Part shown: positions 26,070 to 38,759 of the stretch, piece by piece
Layout: the number at the start of each line of letters is the position of its first letter
How positions within the stretch are numbered: position 1 is the first letter of the stretch
Assembly: GCA_964016885.1 (NCBI GenBank)
Contig: OZ024762.1
Location: forward strand, 1,426,001 to 1,490,000
Direction of reading: 5' to 3'
DNA length: 64,000 bases
Source: Eledone cirrhosa
Taxonomy: Eukaryota
Translations under genes and position numbers: made by a program
Notes under the pieces: model-generated
What the model was told of the DNA's origin: nothing
Seen by the model: only the letters and a program-made list of their open reading frames with translations
The model's database searches: none

Positions 26070-29000
26070 CTAAATATTGTTATATATACATACTCAAAGA
26101 ATTAAGTTGGTGTTAAGAAGGGCATCTAGGTGTAGAAACCCAGCCAAAATCAGTTCTGTATGAGCAAGACAAGGTCACCTGACCTAGCATTGCCCAAAAC
26201 AGAACAACTTGTGTAACCCACACTAGGATGGAAGAATGGACATTAAACAGCGATGATGATGACGTTGAAACATACCCGAATGTGTGAGGAATCCTTGTAT
26301 AAAATTCATCACATGCTGAGGTGAGGCTGGTACCAAAGTTTTTCTTTTCTATACAATCAGCAATTTTTTCCAGGGCCTGGTAACCAGCATTGATCTGTTT
26401 CTCTGTTAAACGACCTGGCAAAGATTAATTAAAGGAACTAATTATAAAATTGATCATCCATTGATGGATTTTTATTTGATATGAGCAATGTTTGACAACA
26501 ACAACAACAACAGTAACAACAACAGCAACTTACCGAGAGGAGCTTTCTGTGCATCATATTTCATTTCAACGACAGTTTCTTTCATTGTGTTAATGTCAGA
26601 GATTAACTGAATTAATTTCTGCAACAGAACATGGATAAAGTAACTTATAGTGTAGATAAGCAGGCAGAACATGGATATTATAGCTTATTATATATATATA
26701 TATAAATGTAAGAAGCAAAGAAAATTTCAGTGATACGAAAGATTTCCTGGTGGAAGCTCAGGTAGACTTTGGGTTTATATCTAGTTTTGGGGTGAAAATC
26801 CAACGAATTTGAGAGGTCCACATAAGCGTTATATATATGTACGTGTGTAAAAAGTAAACAGAAATAACAACACAATCGGTACAGTATATGGAAGGGATAC
26901 ATTAGGTTAACGCTTGAAATAACAGGAAGAGGGTCTTAACGTTTCAGACGCAAGTCCTTCATCAGAAGAAAGAATGAGAAATAAGATAGATTGAGGGGAC
27001 GGAAAAAATGTCTTTAGATAAAAATAACAGGTCCATTCATGTTGACATCTCTTGGATATATATATATATATGTGTGTGAGTGTGTGACAGCTCACACCTA
27101 TGTGTATGAGTGTGTGTGACAGCTCACACCTATACAGGTTTAGCTGGCCTCCTCCAAGGTATATCTCGTTGGAGGTGTCTTGGGTAATTAATAATAGGGA
27201 CCCCAGTCCCTATCATCTCATTTCTACAGCTGAGTAAACTGGAGTAACGTGAAATAAAGTGTCTTGCTGAAGGACACAACACATCACCCGGTCCGAGAAT
27301 TGAACTCACAACCTTTTGATTACAAGCCCAATGCTCCTACCACTAAGGCATGCGCCTTCACGATATATATATATATATATAGTGAAAAGATAACAAGGAC
27401 GATTGGTTACTCCTTCATTACATTTATTGGTTGGTGACTCGCGTCAATGTGATGGAGGAGTAACCAATCGTTCTTGTTGTCTTCACTATAATACACTCTG
27501 TCTAGCTCTACACCTCGACACAGAAGTGAACCTAAACATCGAGTGCTCACCCGGGTGAACCTACAGTAACTCCAAGTTACACTCCCTGTATATATACACA
27601 CACACACACACGCACATATCTATATAGTTATAGGGGTGGCGTATTGACATACAGCATTTCTTGGGTATGAAATCGCTCCTATACCAGCAACAAACATATA
27701 TCCCTGAGAGGGAGAGGGGAGTGTTGCAATATCAAAGACTTACCTGTAGAGATGGATCGAGTGTAGAATCAGGAACCTTGCAAATACTTTCTTTCTTTAT
27801 GTCGACACCATCAACATCGTCTTTTCCCTGTTAAACATAAACAACAAATATTCTGTCATATATATATACATATATATATAGAGAGAGAGAGGGAGAGGGT
27901 GAAATTAGAAATAGCACTGAAAATATATTTAAGGGTCTGTTTTTCCTTTCTTTGATTCATCAAAGTGACATTATTGAAAAAATGAGAAGGACAATTCTTT
28001 AAAAAAAAAAGAGAAGTATAACCGGTTTCGATGTATTAGTAAAATTAATCTTATCAAATGCTGAGTATTACAATTAAAAAGAATTAATAAGGATTAAAAA
28101 CTAAGAATTAAAGATTTAAAATTAAGTGTTGAGGTATGTTTTTTTCATCTTTCTTGTTGCAAATTCAAAATATGGAGATCACAAGACAAAGACAATGGAA
28201 AAAACACCTGAAAGAGGGACAATCCCATCTCACCAGATAACCTCTGGAGGTCTCTATGGTTTCGGTGCATTAAGGTTGATATGAAGATGAAGGTGATGAT
28301 TACCTCGGTACTGTAATCCATTTGGATCAAATCATATTTTCCAGAGACCTTTTTAAATTTGTGTCGTTCACTCCATTCATTCTTGGTTTTATCCTGGAAT
28401 CTACAAGAAAACAGAAAAGAGAAATATAATTAAACAAACCATCTAACCTTGACATTGGTTCTAAGATACCAGACCACCTGGCCCTGACCTTGGTTATAGG
28501 ACATCAAACCATCTGACCGTGACCCTGGTTCTAGTACATCAAACCACCTGAAACTGACATTAGTTGTAAGATATCAAACCACCTGGTTCTATGACATTGG
28601 TTCTAAGATACTAAACTATGTTTTAAACTGTTTACATTTATCAAAACCTTCCACCATTATTTTATATAATCACCTCTGTTATCTTCTAAACTTTCCATAG
28701 TTTAGGGTTCAATAACCAAACAATTATTTTCCATAGTTTAGGGTTCAATAACCAAACAATTATTTTCCATAGTTTAGGGTTCAATAACCAAACAATTATT
28801 TTCCATAGTTTAGGGTTCAATAACAAAAACAAAACAATATCTAACTTACTTTTTGGTGAAAACATCAATGGCACTGTTTAAGTTGGAGACACAGTTGACA
28901 AGGTTGGTCTGACCTTTATAGCCAACACGGCCCCATCTCAACCACACGTAGTAATTAGGTTTACTGTCTTGTTGGAGAAGTTGTATCAAGTAGAACTTGT

Positions 29001-31061
29001 TGTTGTTGTTAAGTGCATTGGTCTAGAGAGGAGAGGAGAAAAGAATATCTCAGGGAGAGTGGATGTTAAAACAACACATACATATATACACATACATATA
29101 TATACACATACACATACATATATATACATACACATACATATATATACATACACATACATATATATACACATACATATATATACATACACATACATATATA
29201 TATACATACACATATGCAAAAATGCATTATTAGACAATATGGAAAGTTTTAAGTGTAAAATAGAAAATTTTACCTGGTTTAGCATGCAGTCCCATACATC
29301 ATTTCCTTGTGTGAAGACATGGACACGACGCAACATTGGACATTCACTATCAACTGGGGCCTTTCCCTTGACCACAACTGTTTTTACTGAAATATACAGT
29401 AATTTATTATCATCAATGGGGACTGTATTGACTCAAATATAAGCTGACCCGTCCCCAACTATTTTATATCTGACTAATATGTAAAAATCCTAACGTCGTT
29501 TGTAAGTCAACACATGTTTACATGGTGAGGTTTTGATATTCTCATGAGTAGAGAATATATTTATGAAGTTTTAATATTCTGGTAATTAAAATGTTTTAAG
29601 TGTCGTTTAGAATAGTTTTTGTTTCACAACTCCATTACATAACAATGTTTTTACCAATTTCCACCCATTTTTAAGGCCGTATTCATTCAAAACATATCAA
29701 CCACAACAGGAGATATGAATTTCATGTCCAAAGTGAAACAGGTGTAATATTCACCTCTAAAGTGAAACAGGTGTAATATTCACCTCCAAAGTGAAACAGG
29801 TGTAATATTCACCTCCAAAGTGAAACAGGTGTAATGTTCACCCCCAAAGTGAAACATTTGACCAGGTAAAGCTATCAAACATGTTATGGAGGAAATGAAA
29901 TTAGAAAGAAGAAAGCTTTAACCCTTTAGCAATTACATTACTCTATATTTAACATTGTATTGTCATGGTAAACATTTTATTTCACATAATATTGAAGATT
30001 TTCATATTTATTTTGAGAACAATAATAACTTATCAGTATGAGTAACTGTAGAAAGAGGTGAAACAATTCTGGCCAGATATGGTTGGTTTGAACAGGAAGA
30101 GGTGAGAGAATTCTGGTCAAATATGACCAGATATATTCTAAAGGTTCAGTAATAGAACGACCACTTACTATCCTTGCTGTCCTCGTTGCTGTGTCCATTC
30201 TCTTCAGGCAATTCCTTCTTTATTTTGTTATCTCCCGAAGATGGACCGCTCTGCTTCCCAGTTTTCTTCCGGTTTGTCGTCGCCTGAGGCTGGGCTGCAC
30301 TTGTCTTGCGACTGCTGCGACTGCTACTACGGGAGTCGGAGACTGCGTCAGCTGAAGATGTGGAGCTTCCACCTGTGGGGTGAGAGAGAGGGGATGAAGG
30401 AGTGTGAGGGGGGTGAAGGAGAGTGAGGGAGAGAAGACAAACAGTAAACCTCTCATTGAAACATTAATGGGTTCTGTTTCTCTCTAGTATAATGGCTGTG
30501 GCCATGCTGGAGGCCTTGGCATATGTATATTATAACTGTGTGTGTAAATATATATATATAAAGAAATGGCTTCCACAGGACTAGAACTGTTTCATTCAAA
30601 GGAAATCATCAGGAAAGCCGACTGTCATTTCTATATTAAAAATTTATACTCTGCTATGTATTGACTACCTTTCTGTGGTTACCCCCGATTGAACCCGGGA
30701 TACACATATACACATATATATATATCATGGAGGCACATGGCTCAGTGGTTAGAGCATTGGCCTTGCAATCGAAAGGCTGTGAGTTCAATTCTCAGACCGG
30801 GTGATGTGTTGTTTCCTTGAGCAAGACACTTTATTTCACATTGCTCCAGTTTACTCAGCTGTAGAAATGAGATGATAGGGACTGGGGGTCCCTATCATTC
30901 CACTGCAAAGTAGTCGTGGAGGTGCCACGGCAAAAAAGCACCCAGCACTCACTGTAAATGAGGTTGGTGTTAGGAAGGGCATCCAGCTGTAGAGATCAAG
31001 CCAGAATCAGTTCCCGTCCCACCCTTGCAAGCAGGGAAAAGCGGACGTAAAATGAAATGAT

Positions 31062-31093
<32 letters not shown>

Positions 31094-33239
31094 GTGGAAC
31101 CTCGGTTCACAAACTTAATTCACTCCTGAAGGTTGTTCGTCACTTGAAATTTTCGTAAACCGAAACTATTTTTTCCCCATGTGAAATGTTGAGAGAGAAA
31201 TACAGAGAGACTGTATGTGAAAGACAGATAGATATCATCATAGTAACTAACTACACAGCAAGTGATGCTCTCCCACCAATACTCCTAGCTTGTTGCCAAC
31301 GACTCCATCCGCCCGCCTGTGCTACAGGAGGAGGTAGAGGAAGTTAAGAGATAAAAAGTTGACTTACACTTGATTCTCTGCACTGATGAGATAATATTGT
31401 CCACCTCGTTGGACTGTTTCAGGGTGTGAAGGTCAATCATGTATGACTGGTTACTTGTTACAATGTCCACCGTTGGCATGGCCTTCCTGAAGGCCTTCTC
31501 TAAAGCCAGACTGGACGGGATACAATACATCTCCCAGCGGCCATCTTCACCCTGCCATTGCCAACTGTAATATTCTGGGAACAACGTAGAGAAAACAGAA
31601 GGAATAATTAATAACTGATATATAACAAAAGTGAAGGCGTGTGGCTGATTGGTGAGAGAACTGGATTTGTAATCGTGAGTACTTTTTGATATACCCAGAG
31701 TAAATCAATGAATCAAAACAAAAAAAGTAATTCATATTTTTTCTTCATGTTTTTCTGTTCAACTTCTAGCTGTCTGCTGAGTTCATGACCAATATATATA
31801 TATAAAGATATGAGGCACGACAGCTGAGCTCTTGCCGTTTCAACAACTAGTTCCATTCAGAATATATATATAAATACATATATATCATCATCATCATCAT
31901 TTTACGTCCACTTTTCCCTGCTTGCAAGGGTGGGACGGGATCTGATTCTGGCTTGATTTCTACAGCTGGATGCCCTTCCTAACACCAACCTCATTTACAG
32001 TGAGTGCTGGGTGCTTTTTTGCCGTGGCACCTCCATTTCTACAGCTGAGTAAACTGGAGCAATGTGAAATAAAATGTCTTGCTCAAGGAAACAACACATC
32101 ACCCGGTCTGAGAATTGAACTCACAACCTTTCGATTGCAAGGCCAATGTTCTAACCACTAAGCCATGTGCCTCCATATATATATATATATATATGAGGTT
32201 GGTGTTAGGAAAGACATCCAGCTGTAGAAATCAAGCCAAAATCAATTCCCGTGGGAGCAAGACAAGGTCACCTGACCTAGCATTGCCCAGAACAGGACAA
32301 CTCATCTAACCTATGCTAGCGTGGAAGACTGGACGTAAAACGATGATGATGATACACACACATATATTTATACACATATACACACATGTATAAAGAGAAA
32401 AAGAGGACAGAAAATAAATCAATAAGAGGGATAGCTACAGGAGGTTGACGAAAAAGATAGAAGAGTGCTCCTTTAAGGGGAGATAATATAATCACCTTTA
32501 TCCTGCTCATCCTGAAAACAACAACGAATCCGTATTGCACCACGGGCTGATCTACCAGCTGTTGTTTTCTGTGTCAGATGTTCTAAGGATACATACAGCT
32601 TGCGGCCCCTGATACCAGACACTTCAACCTGGTGAGAAAGAAAATACATTTATAAATATCACCACCATCACCAGCACCGTCACTACCACTTTACAGAGTG
32701 TACTGGGTGTATTTTATCATGACACCAACACTACCACTTTACAGAGTGTATTGGGTGTATTTTATCATGACACCAACACTACCACTTTACAGAGTGTATT
32801 GGGTGTATTTTATCATGACACCAGCACTACCACTTTACAGAGTGTATTGGGTGTATTTTATCATGACACCAGCACTACCACTTTACAGAGTGTACTGGGT
32901 GTATTTTATCATGACACCAGCACTACCACTTTACAGAGTGTATTGGGTGTATCTTATCATGACACCAGCACTACCACTTTACAGAGTGTACTGGGTGTAT
33001 GTTATCATGGCACCAGCACTAGAGAGGTTGTCAAAGAAATAGACTTACTTCAGTATCGCCACCATTATATCGGTCTGTTAACTGTTCGGAGATGTTATCC
33101 GAGTAAGGCACCCATTTCCCAGTATCTTCATAGTGCCACTTTACTTTGAGTCCATCAATTTCCGATAACACATCCATCGGAATGGAAGTAGTTTTAAGTT
33201 TCTTGCCTGAGGTGCCATTACTGTCGACAACAGTTGCTG
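18629..33239 (-). CDS. PARP2: Poly(ADP-ribose) polymerase 2-like (WWE-WWE-WGR-regulatory-catalytic); 17 exons found, start exon not located
   Basis: Phase-consistent GT-AG exons: 33049-33239, 32496-32628, 31368-31574, 30169-30372, 29274-29386, 28850-29022, 28304-28400, 27744-27827, 26534-26618, 26276-26414, 24874-24937, 23820-23951, 22547-22662, 22182-22281, 21254-21352, 19830-19954, 18629-18782 (~737 codons). Motifs: [21 protein letters not shown]...WLRWGRVG (WGR), KAPLGRL...[21 protein letters not shown]...[34 protein letters not shown]. The H-Y-E triad is intact. Confidence 0.92.
19975..21208. repeat. 28/31-bp intronic minisatellite
   Basis: Tandem atttccttaaatataatatataccccac(aac). Confidence 0.95.
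22706..23340 (+). mobile_element. 5'-truncated RTE-clade LINE with a (GAT)n tail
   Basis: Frameshifted pieces [27 protein letters not shown] and [16 protein letters not shown]...RDKWRDAV; ends in gatgatgatgat. Confidence 0.85.
23979..24470. repeat. 48-bp minisatellite derived from a SINE segment
   Basis: About 10 copies of aagtggtcatgtaggtgacacaacaaaaagcacccagtccacactgta, running into SINE sequence (gttaggaagggcatccag). Confidence 0.9.
26934..26969 (-). ncRNA. Minimal type I hammerhead ribozyme motif
   Basis: UCUU-CUGAUGA-a-GGAC(UUGC)GUCU-GAAA-CG-UU-AAGA, with a loopless palindromic stem III (ACGU). Confidence 0.65.
27205..27360 (-). mobile_element. tRNA-derived SINE (family 1)
   Basis: Reverse complement of the element at 30729 (A/B boxes plus agcaagacactttatttcac core). 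Confidence 0.8.
28690..28826. repeat. 36-bp minisatellite
   Basis: Four copies of ttccatagtttagggttcaataaccaaacaattatt. Confidence 0.85.
30568..30619 (-). ncRNA. Type I hammerhead motif in a short dispersed repeat (relatives at ~33965, ~35300, ~37250, ~37370)
   Basis: GGCUUUC-CUGAUGA-UUUC(CUUU)GAAU-GAAA-CAG(UUCUAGUC)CUG-UG-GAAGCC. The sister copies have GUA at the cleavage triplet. Confidence 0.6.
30729..31062 (+). mobile_element. tRNA-derived SINE (family 1), near full length
   Basis: A box tggctcagtggttag, B box gagttcaattc, CORE-like ccttgagcaagacactt...ctgtagaaatg and an RTE-like 3' end. Other copies at ~31885-32175 (-), ~49230-49430 (-), ~55240-55355 (-) and ~33300-33400 (+). Confidence 0.85.
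32682..33021. repeat. 48-bp minisatellite
   Basis: Seven copies of actaccactttacagagtgtaytgggtgtattttatcatgacaccarc. Confidence 0.9.
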
Positions 33240-34384
33240 CTAATGAGAGGAGAAATAAAACAAAAAAAAACATTTTAACCTTTTAGTTATCAACCAGTAA
33301 AGGCACGTGGCCTTGTGGTAAGGGTGTTGGACTTACAATCATGTCATGGGTTTCATTTGTGGGCTGGGTAGCATCTTCTGTTCTTGAGCAAAACACACTC
33401 CCATAAAGTCCAGGGTCCTGGCTTTACTACAGGAATTGGTTGAGAACCATTGGCAGCCATATATCTGGTCCTCCTCTAATTACTGGTATTTTGTTCCTAG
33501 TGATGGAGCTTGGTTGTTTCAGTGTCTTAGCCACGCCTTCACCCATGGTAATACTGCCAGTGTTTTGGCATGCCTCAAAATTTTCCGTTGGGCCTAGTGA
33601 TATGACTGGCCCCAATTGTCACACTCCATGTGCATCACATGTCCATACCATCTCAGTCTTCTGTATATATATATATACACCACTCTCAGACACGTGTCTA
33701 CATGTTAAAACATATCTGAAGAGCTCCCAATTCTAGAGTCAGGTTCGATCACATCAATAGATCATACCTCGAGCTGATCGACAGTGAAACATATGTAATA
33801 TGTAATTAAATATGTATATGAGGTAACACTGATTCTTTGTTCCTTTATATATTAATACTACATATATATATATCGGGTGTGTTCAATCGAGGGTAACCAG
33901 AGTAAGTAAGGTACTCAATACATTAGTTGAGTGTATGTATATAACAAATTTAACATAGAAATGATTTCTACAGGACTAGAACTGTTTCATTCGAAGGAAA
34001 TCATCAGGGCTTTCCTGCTGTTATATGTATATATGGAAGAGGCTATGTAGCCGGTAAGAGTGTCAGACAATTTGAAATCTTTTCCACTAAGAAACAAGTT
34101 AATATCATTTATTCTTCCATTGGTAACGTTGCACTTTAGTTACATATACACTCATCTACACGTAAATACATACGTGTTGCGTCCTTTTATTGTTTACCGG
34201 CTATATAGCCTATTCGATTTACTTTATTGAAATTATTTATTAATCACCAAACGTAAATACGTGAATAGATACAGACAGCAGAAGGAAAAGGCTGGTGAAA
34301 TGCTATAGCGATGTGTGTTGCGTCCCCTTAGAGTTTACCGGCTACATAGCCCATTCGTGTATATACAGTATAGACAAAGATTCA

Positions 34385-34570
34385 CGGTGGATTGGCAGTA
34401 TCGGTAGAGGGTCGGACGCCATGCTTTCCAGCATAGTTACGTCCCTTTACGATCTGAGTTCAAATCCCGCCGAGGTTGACTTTGCCTTTCATCCTTACGG
34501 GGTCGATAAAATAAAGTACCAGTAATGCACTGAGTAATTGCTGGCCTTGTGCCTAAAGTAGAAACAATTA
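34385..34570 (+). mobile_element. tRNA-related SINE (family 2)
   Basis: tggcagtatcggtagag...gagttcaaatcccgccgagg...aaataaagtaccag...tagaaacaatta. A near-identical copy is at 63082-63260. Others at ~3585-3740 (+), ~40480-40985 (-), ~45100-45450 (-), ~46945-47060 (-) and ~60765-61075 (-). Confidence 0.85.
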
Positions 34571-35000
34571 TATATATATGTAACAGCGAGCTGGTGTGTA
34601 GGCAGAGCTATAGTAAGCCGTAACACCATTCATAATGTGGTTTTCGCGCCGATATTTGTGAATGGATGTTGGCATTTTAACAATGGCAGCCAAATACCAA
34701 CTAACAACATGCTTTACTGATGTCTGTGTGTATATATATATATATATAGATACACACACATAAATACGAAATAACATGGTTTACTGGTGTATATATATAT
34801 ATATACACACACAAAATACGAAATAACATGGTTTACTGGTGTGTGTGTGTGTATATATTATATAGACATTAAATAAAGTGGTTGTTTTAAAAATGAATGT
34901 AGCTCTCAATACATATGATCTTTACTTTTTGAAGAAATAGATAAAAGTGACTTCGAAGTTTTATAGATTGCTTCTTTATATACAATCTCCTATACACACA

Positions 35001-35036
<36 letters not shown>

Positions 35037-35171
35037 ACGTAGAAGTTAATAAAATGAAGTGTTATCTTTCATTCAGCTAAATTAATAAATACAGCGTGTC
35101 CCGCCAAAATGTATACTTATTTCAATAGCATTCTAACAAAAGTGTGTATACATTTTTTGGGACATCCTGTA

Positions 35172-35203
<32 letters not shown>

Positions 35204-36639
35204 CACGTGTGTGTGTGAGTCCCGAGTTCAATCGAAGGTAACCACAGTAAGGTACTCAATACATTAGTAGAGTGTAAACATCAAGTTTAATATAGAAATG
35301 GCTTCTACAGGACTAGAATTGTTTCATTCAAAAGAAATCACACACACACACATATATATATATATGTATATATATACATATATACATATGTAAGTATGTA
35401 TATATATATATATATACAGCTAAATTGTTATATTTAGTTCGGAAATGGCAGCACCGACTAACATGGATTAAATTTTTAATTATAATTTACGAAAGATAAT
35501 TATTAAAATGATTTACAATCGAAATAAAACCAATTCTGTCTGAAAAATAAATATTTATAAAAGCTCACCATTATTTCTAGTAAAATATTAAAATTTATTA
35601 GTTTATCTGCGTAATAAGGAACATGAAATTGTACAGGGGTAGTTTTTGATGTGTTTCTTATTTTGCAGGTGGTATATATACAAATATATATATAGGAAAA
35701 GGTATGACCCCGACGGCAGAGTTCAAGCCATTGCGACGGCTATTTCTGGTCCAGAAATAGCTGTCTAAACGGCTTGAGCTCTGCCGTCGGGGTCATACCT
35801 TTTCCTATTTCCTACTCTACTACCCTAAGTATTGAGTACTCTGGTGCGTTATGGTCCATCTGGTTCCTTACCACATTTCATTTCTTATATATATATATAT
35901 ATACATATATAAATGTATACATTTGGGGCACCTTATATATATAAGGTATCCCAAAAAATGTATATCATTTCAACAGAATTCTAATAAATATATGTATACA
36001 TTTTGGGAGACACCCTGTGTGTGTGTGTATATAAACATTATATATATATATATATTTTACCGGTTCCAGTCATTAGACATCGGCCATGCTGGGGCACCAC
36101 ATTAAACTTAATGTAAATTTTGTGTACACTTATACTTTATTCGATCATATCGGCTCCAGTTTATAAATTTTTTAGATCCTGGGCCCTAATTTATCGATCT
36201 GATAGATTGTGGGACATAGGAGAGACACAACCCCAACTGGAGTCTATCTCTGTAAAACATACTCAGACACTACATTATATATGTATTGAGTACTACATTG
36301 ATTTGTAGTCTTACAACCCTAAATACTTTATACAATACACACACACGTGTATATATATATATACTAGACATGAAAAATGCGCAAGCTCAAAAGTGCCACA
36401 GAATGTTATAATAAACCTTCAAAAGTGTGGGACTAGAGTTGTTGCTAAAAAATATTGTAATCATTATATATCGTACATTCTGTGGCATCCTTTATAAAAA
36501 TAGCTTAAACCAACGAAGCCTTTATTTTTACGCTATTTCACTTAAACCGGTAAAAACTTAAAAACTTAAAACCACAACTGAATACTAACCCATACAATCA
36601 CTAATACTCTTTTATTCCTAATTAAACCATTTTTCAACT

Positions 36640-37057
36640 GTGAACAATTTGTCAGCATTTTCTATTCCGTTTACCCAATTGATTCCATTCTTTAAGTATC
36701 ACTTTAGAAGGAGAATCAGGGTGGAGAGAGAGGCACTGCACCCCAGTAAATTTACTGAAAGGTGGGTGAATGAAGCGAAAATGGCCCGAGTGATTGGGCC
36801 TTCTCTGTTTATAAGCCTGTAGGTTGAGGAAGAGAGCAAAAGGAAGAAAGGAGCACTTGCACAACACGCTCCTTGAGTTGAGGGTTGTTCTATCGACGGG
36901 GTATTAAACAACCCATTTGTGGCGCCTCCCCCCTATTGGGGATTTCGATTGTTGAAATTGTTTGTTTTTATATTTTTTACACGACTGTATGTAAAATCCC
37001 CGGCATGTCTTTGTATTGTCCCCTTTCTTGTTGCGCCCTTGTGGCTAATAAAGAAAT

Positions 37058-37060
<3 letters not shown>
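36640..37060 (+). mobile_element. 3' end of an L1/Tx1-like LINE abutting (TA)n
   Basis: FFKYHFRRRIRVERE...KFTERW resembles the Tx1 ORF2 C-terminus. It is followed by a 3' UTR with AATAAA directly before a (TA)n tract. Confidence 0.55.
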
Positions 37061-37093
<33 letters not shown>

Positions 37094-37213
37094 GATCGTA
37101 AGTGATATTAAATGTTCTAAACACTCTTTGATTATTTATTTCGGTTCTGGATTGTTTATTTTACATCGAGTTATTCTCATACTTGTAATTGGATAATATT
37201 TAATATTACCCTC

Positions 37214-37251
<38 letters not shown>

Positions 37252-38100
37252 TTCTACAGGACTAATACCGTTTCATTCGGGAGAAATCATCATCTACTAA
37301 TGTATTGAGTACCTTACTGTGGTTACCACCGATTGAACCCGGGATAAACTTATATATATATAAATGAGATTCTACAGGACTAGAACTGTTTCATTCTTGA
37401 GAAATCATATTGATACAATCACATATACATATATATTAATTTAGCTGAAAAACGAAAGATCACACTTCATTTTATTAACTTCTGCCTTATATATACTACA
37501 CTAGACATATATAATATATATATATATACTATTCATGTTTATATACACTCTAGACATATATATATATATATATATACTATTCATGTTTATATACACTCTA
37601 GACATATATATATATATATATATACTATCTCGTACATGTTTATATACAACCGATACATACAAACTAATGAATGATTATATAGACAAATAAATAAATATAC
37701 ATAAATGTGTTGGCAAACCTTGTTTTCTTTTCGGCATATCTGTATATACACATGTATGTATATATGTGTGTATATATGTGTGTATAATGTGTATATATCT
37801 GTGAGACTGTAGTAATGTGCTACAATCCTCTCTAAAGCAACAACAACAATGTTACTTTCTTGGAAACTTGGCATTCACCCGACACCTAGCGGCCGTTCAC
37901 TGACACACGCTCTCACTCTCTCGTGCACGCACTCTTTCTCTCACTGACGCACACTCTCTCTGTAACACACTCACTCTCTCTCTAACACACTCACACTCTC
38001 TCTTACTCTCGTTCACTATCTTTCTCTCTCTCTCTCTCTCTCTCTCTCCATATATATATATATTTATTATTATGTAATAAACAACATAAGGCAATTATTC

Positions 38101-38154
38101 CATTTACCAGTGGTTTCTTAAAAGCAAAAGGTTTTGCTTTCAATCCTCAGAATG
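38101..38154 (-). ncRNA. Type I hammerhead ribozyme, intact core
   Basis: CAUU-CUGAGGA-UUGAAAGCAAA(ACCU)UUUGCUUUUAA-GAAA-CC(ACU)GG-UA-AAUG. Confidence 0.8.
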
Positions 38155-38425
38155 AAAAAATCCTGGTTTGTTTATTGAATTTGGATCTTAAAAAGCTCTG
38201 TTGCTTACATAGAGCACTCTTTTTTCCTGGACTTTTCCGACGGAATTACTTCATTTATATATATATATATTGTTATACTTTGGGAGGGTCATGTTGCCAA
38301 TAAGAAACACACGCACCAGTTGCTTTCACTTCAATTTAATTTATTAAATATTTATAAATTTACAAATTTATAAATTTCTGGTTGGTTGGTTGGTTCCACA
38401 ACCAGATAGTTGTTTATATATATAT

Positions 38426-38470
38426 AGTCATAGTTCTTTCGTCACACACTCTGTGACCTCTTCAGTGACT
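38426..38470 (-). ncRNA. Minimal type I hammerhead ribozyme
   Basis: AGUCA-CUGAAGA-g-GUCAC(AGAGUGU)GUGAC-GAAA-G(AA)C-UA-UGACU. Confidence 0.7.
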
Positions 38471-38759
38471 GGGGATTTCTTTCTTCGTTTCTGTGCCTTT
38501 CCTTTCTTCTATCCTACGCCATTTTGTTTGTGTGTGGGTTGCGTGCTCAGTTTGCGCATGCGCCACATCCGGGTGTCTGTGTGTGTTTGTGTTCATTTTT
38601 CTATTTTTTCTATTTATATTTTTCTATTTGTTTGTTTATTTATTTATTTATTGTTGGTTGGTTGTTTGTTCTATGTGTGTGTGTGTTTTCATTTTGTCTT
38701 GTGTGTGTTTTCAATTGTAAGTTGTTTGTTCTATGTGTGCGTGTGTTTTCATTTTGTCC

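Noticed and set aside
30729-30805. tRNA-like sequence
   Set aside because: It continues into a SINE body and has multiple diverged copies, so it is not a tRNA gene.
34600-37880. Candidate PARP first exon or promoter (E2F-like TTTCGCGC at ~34642; ATG-GTGAG at ~35570; MPSFQE at 37874)
   Set aside because: The 35570 donor has the wrong phase and the 37874 donor is weak; this cannot be resolved without transcripts.
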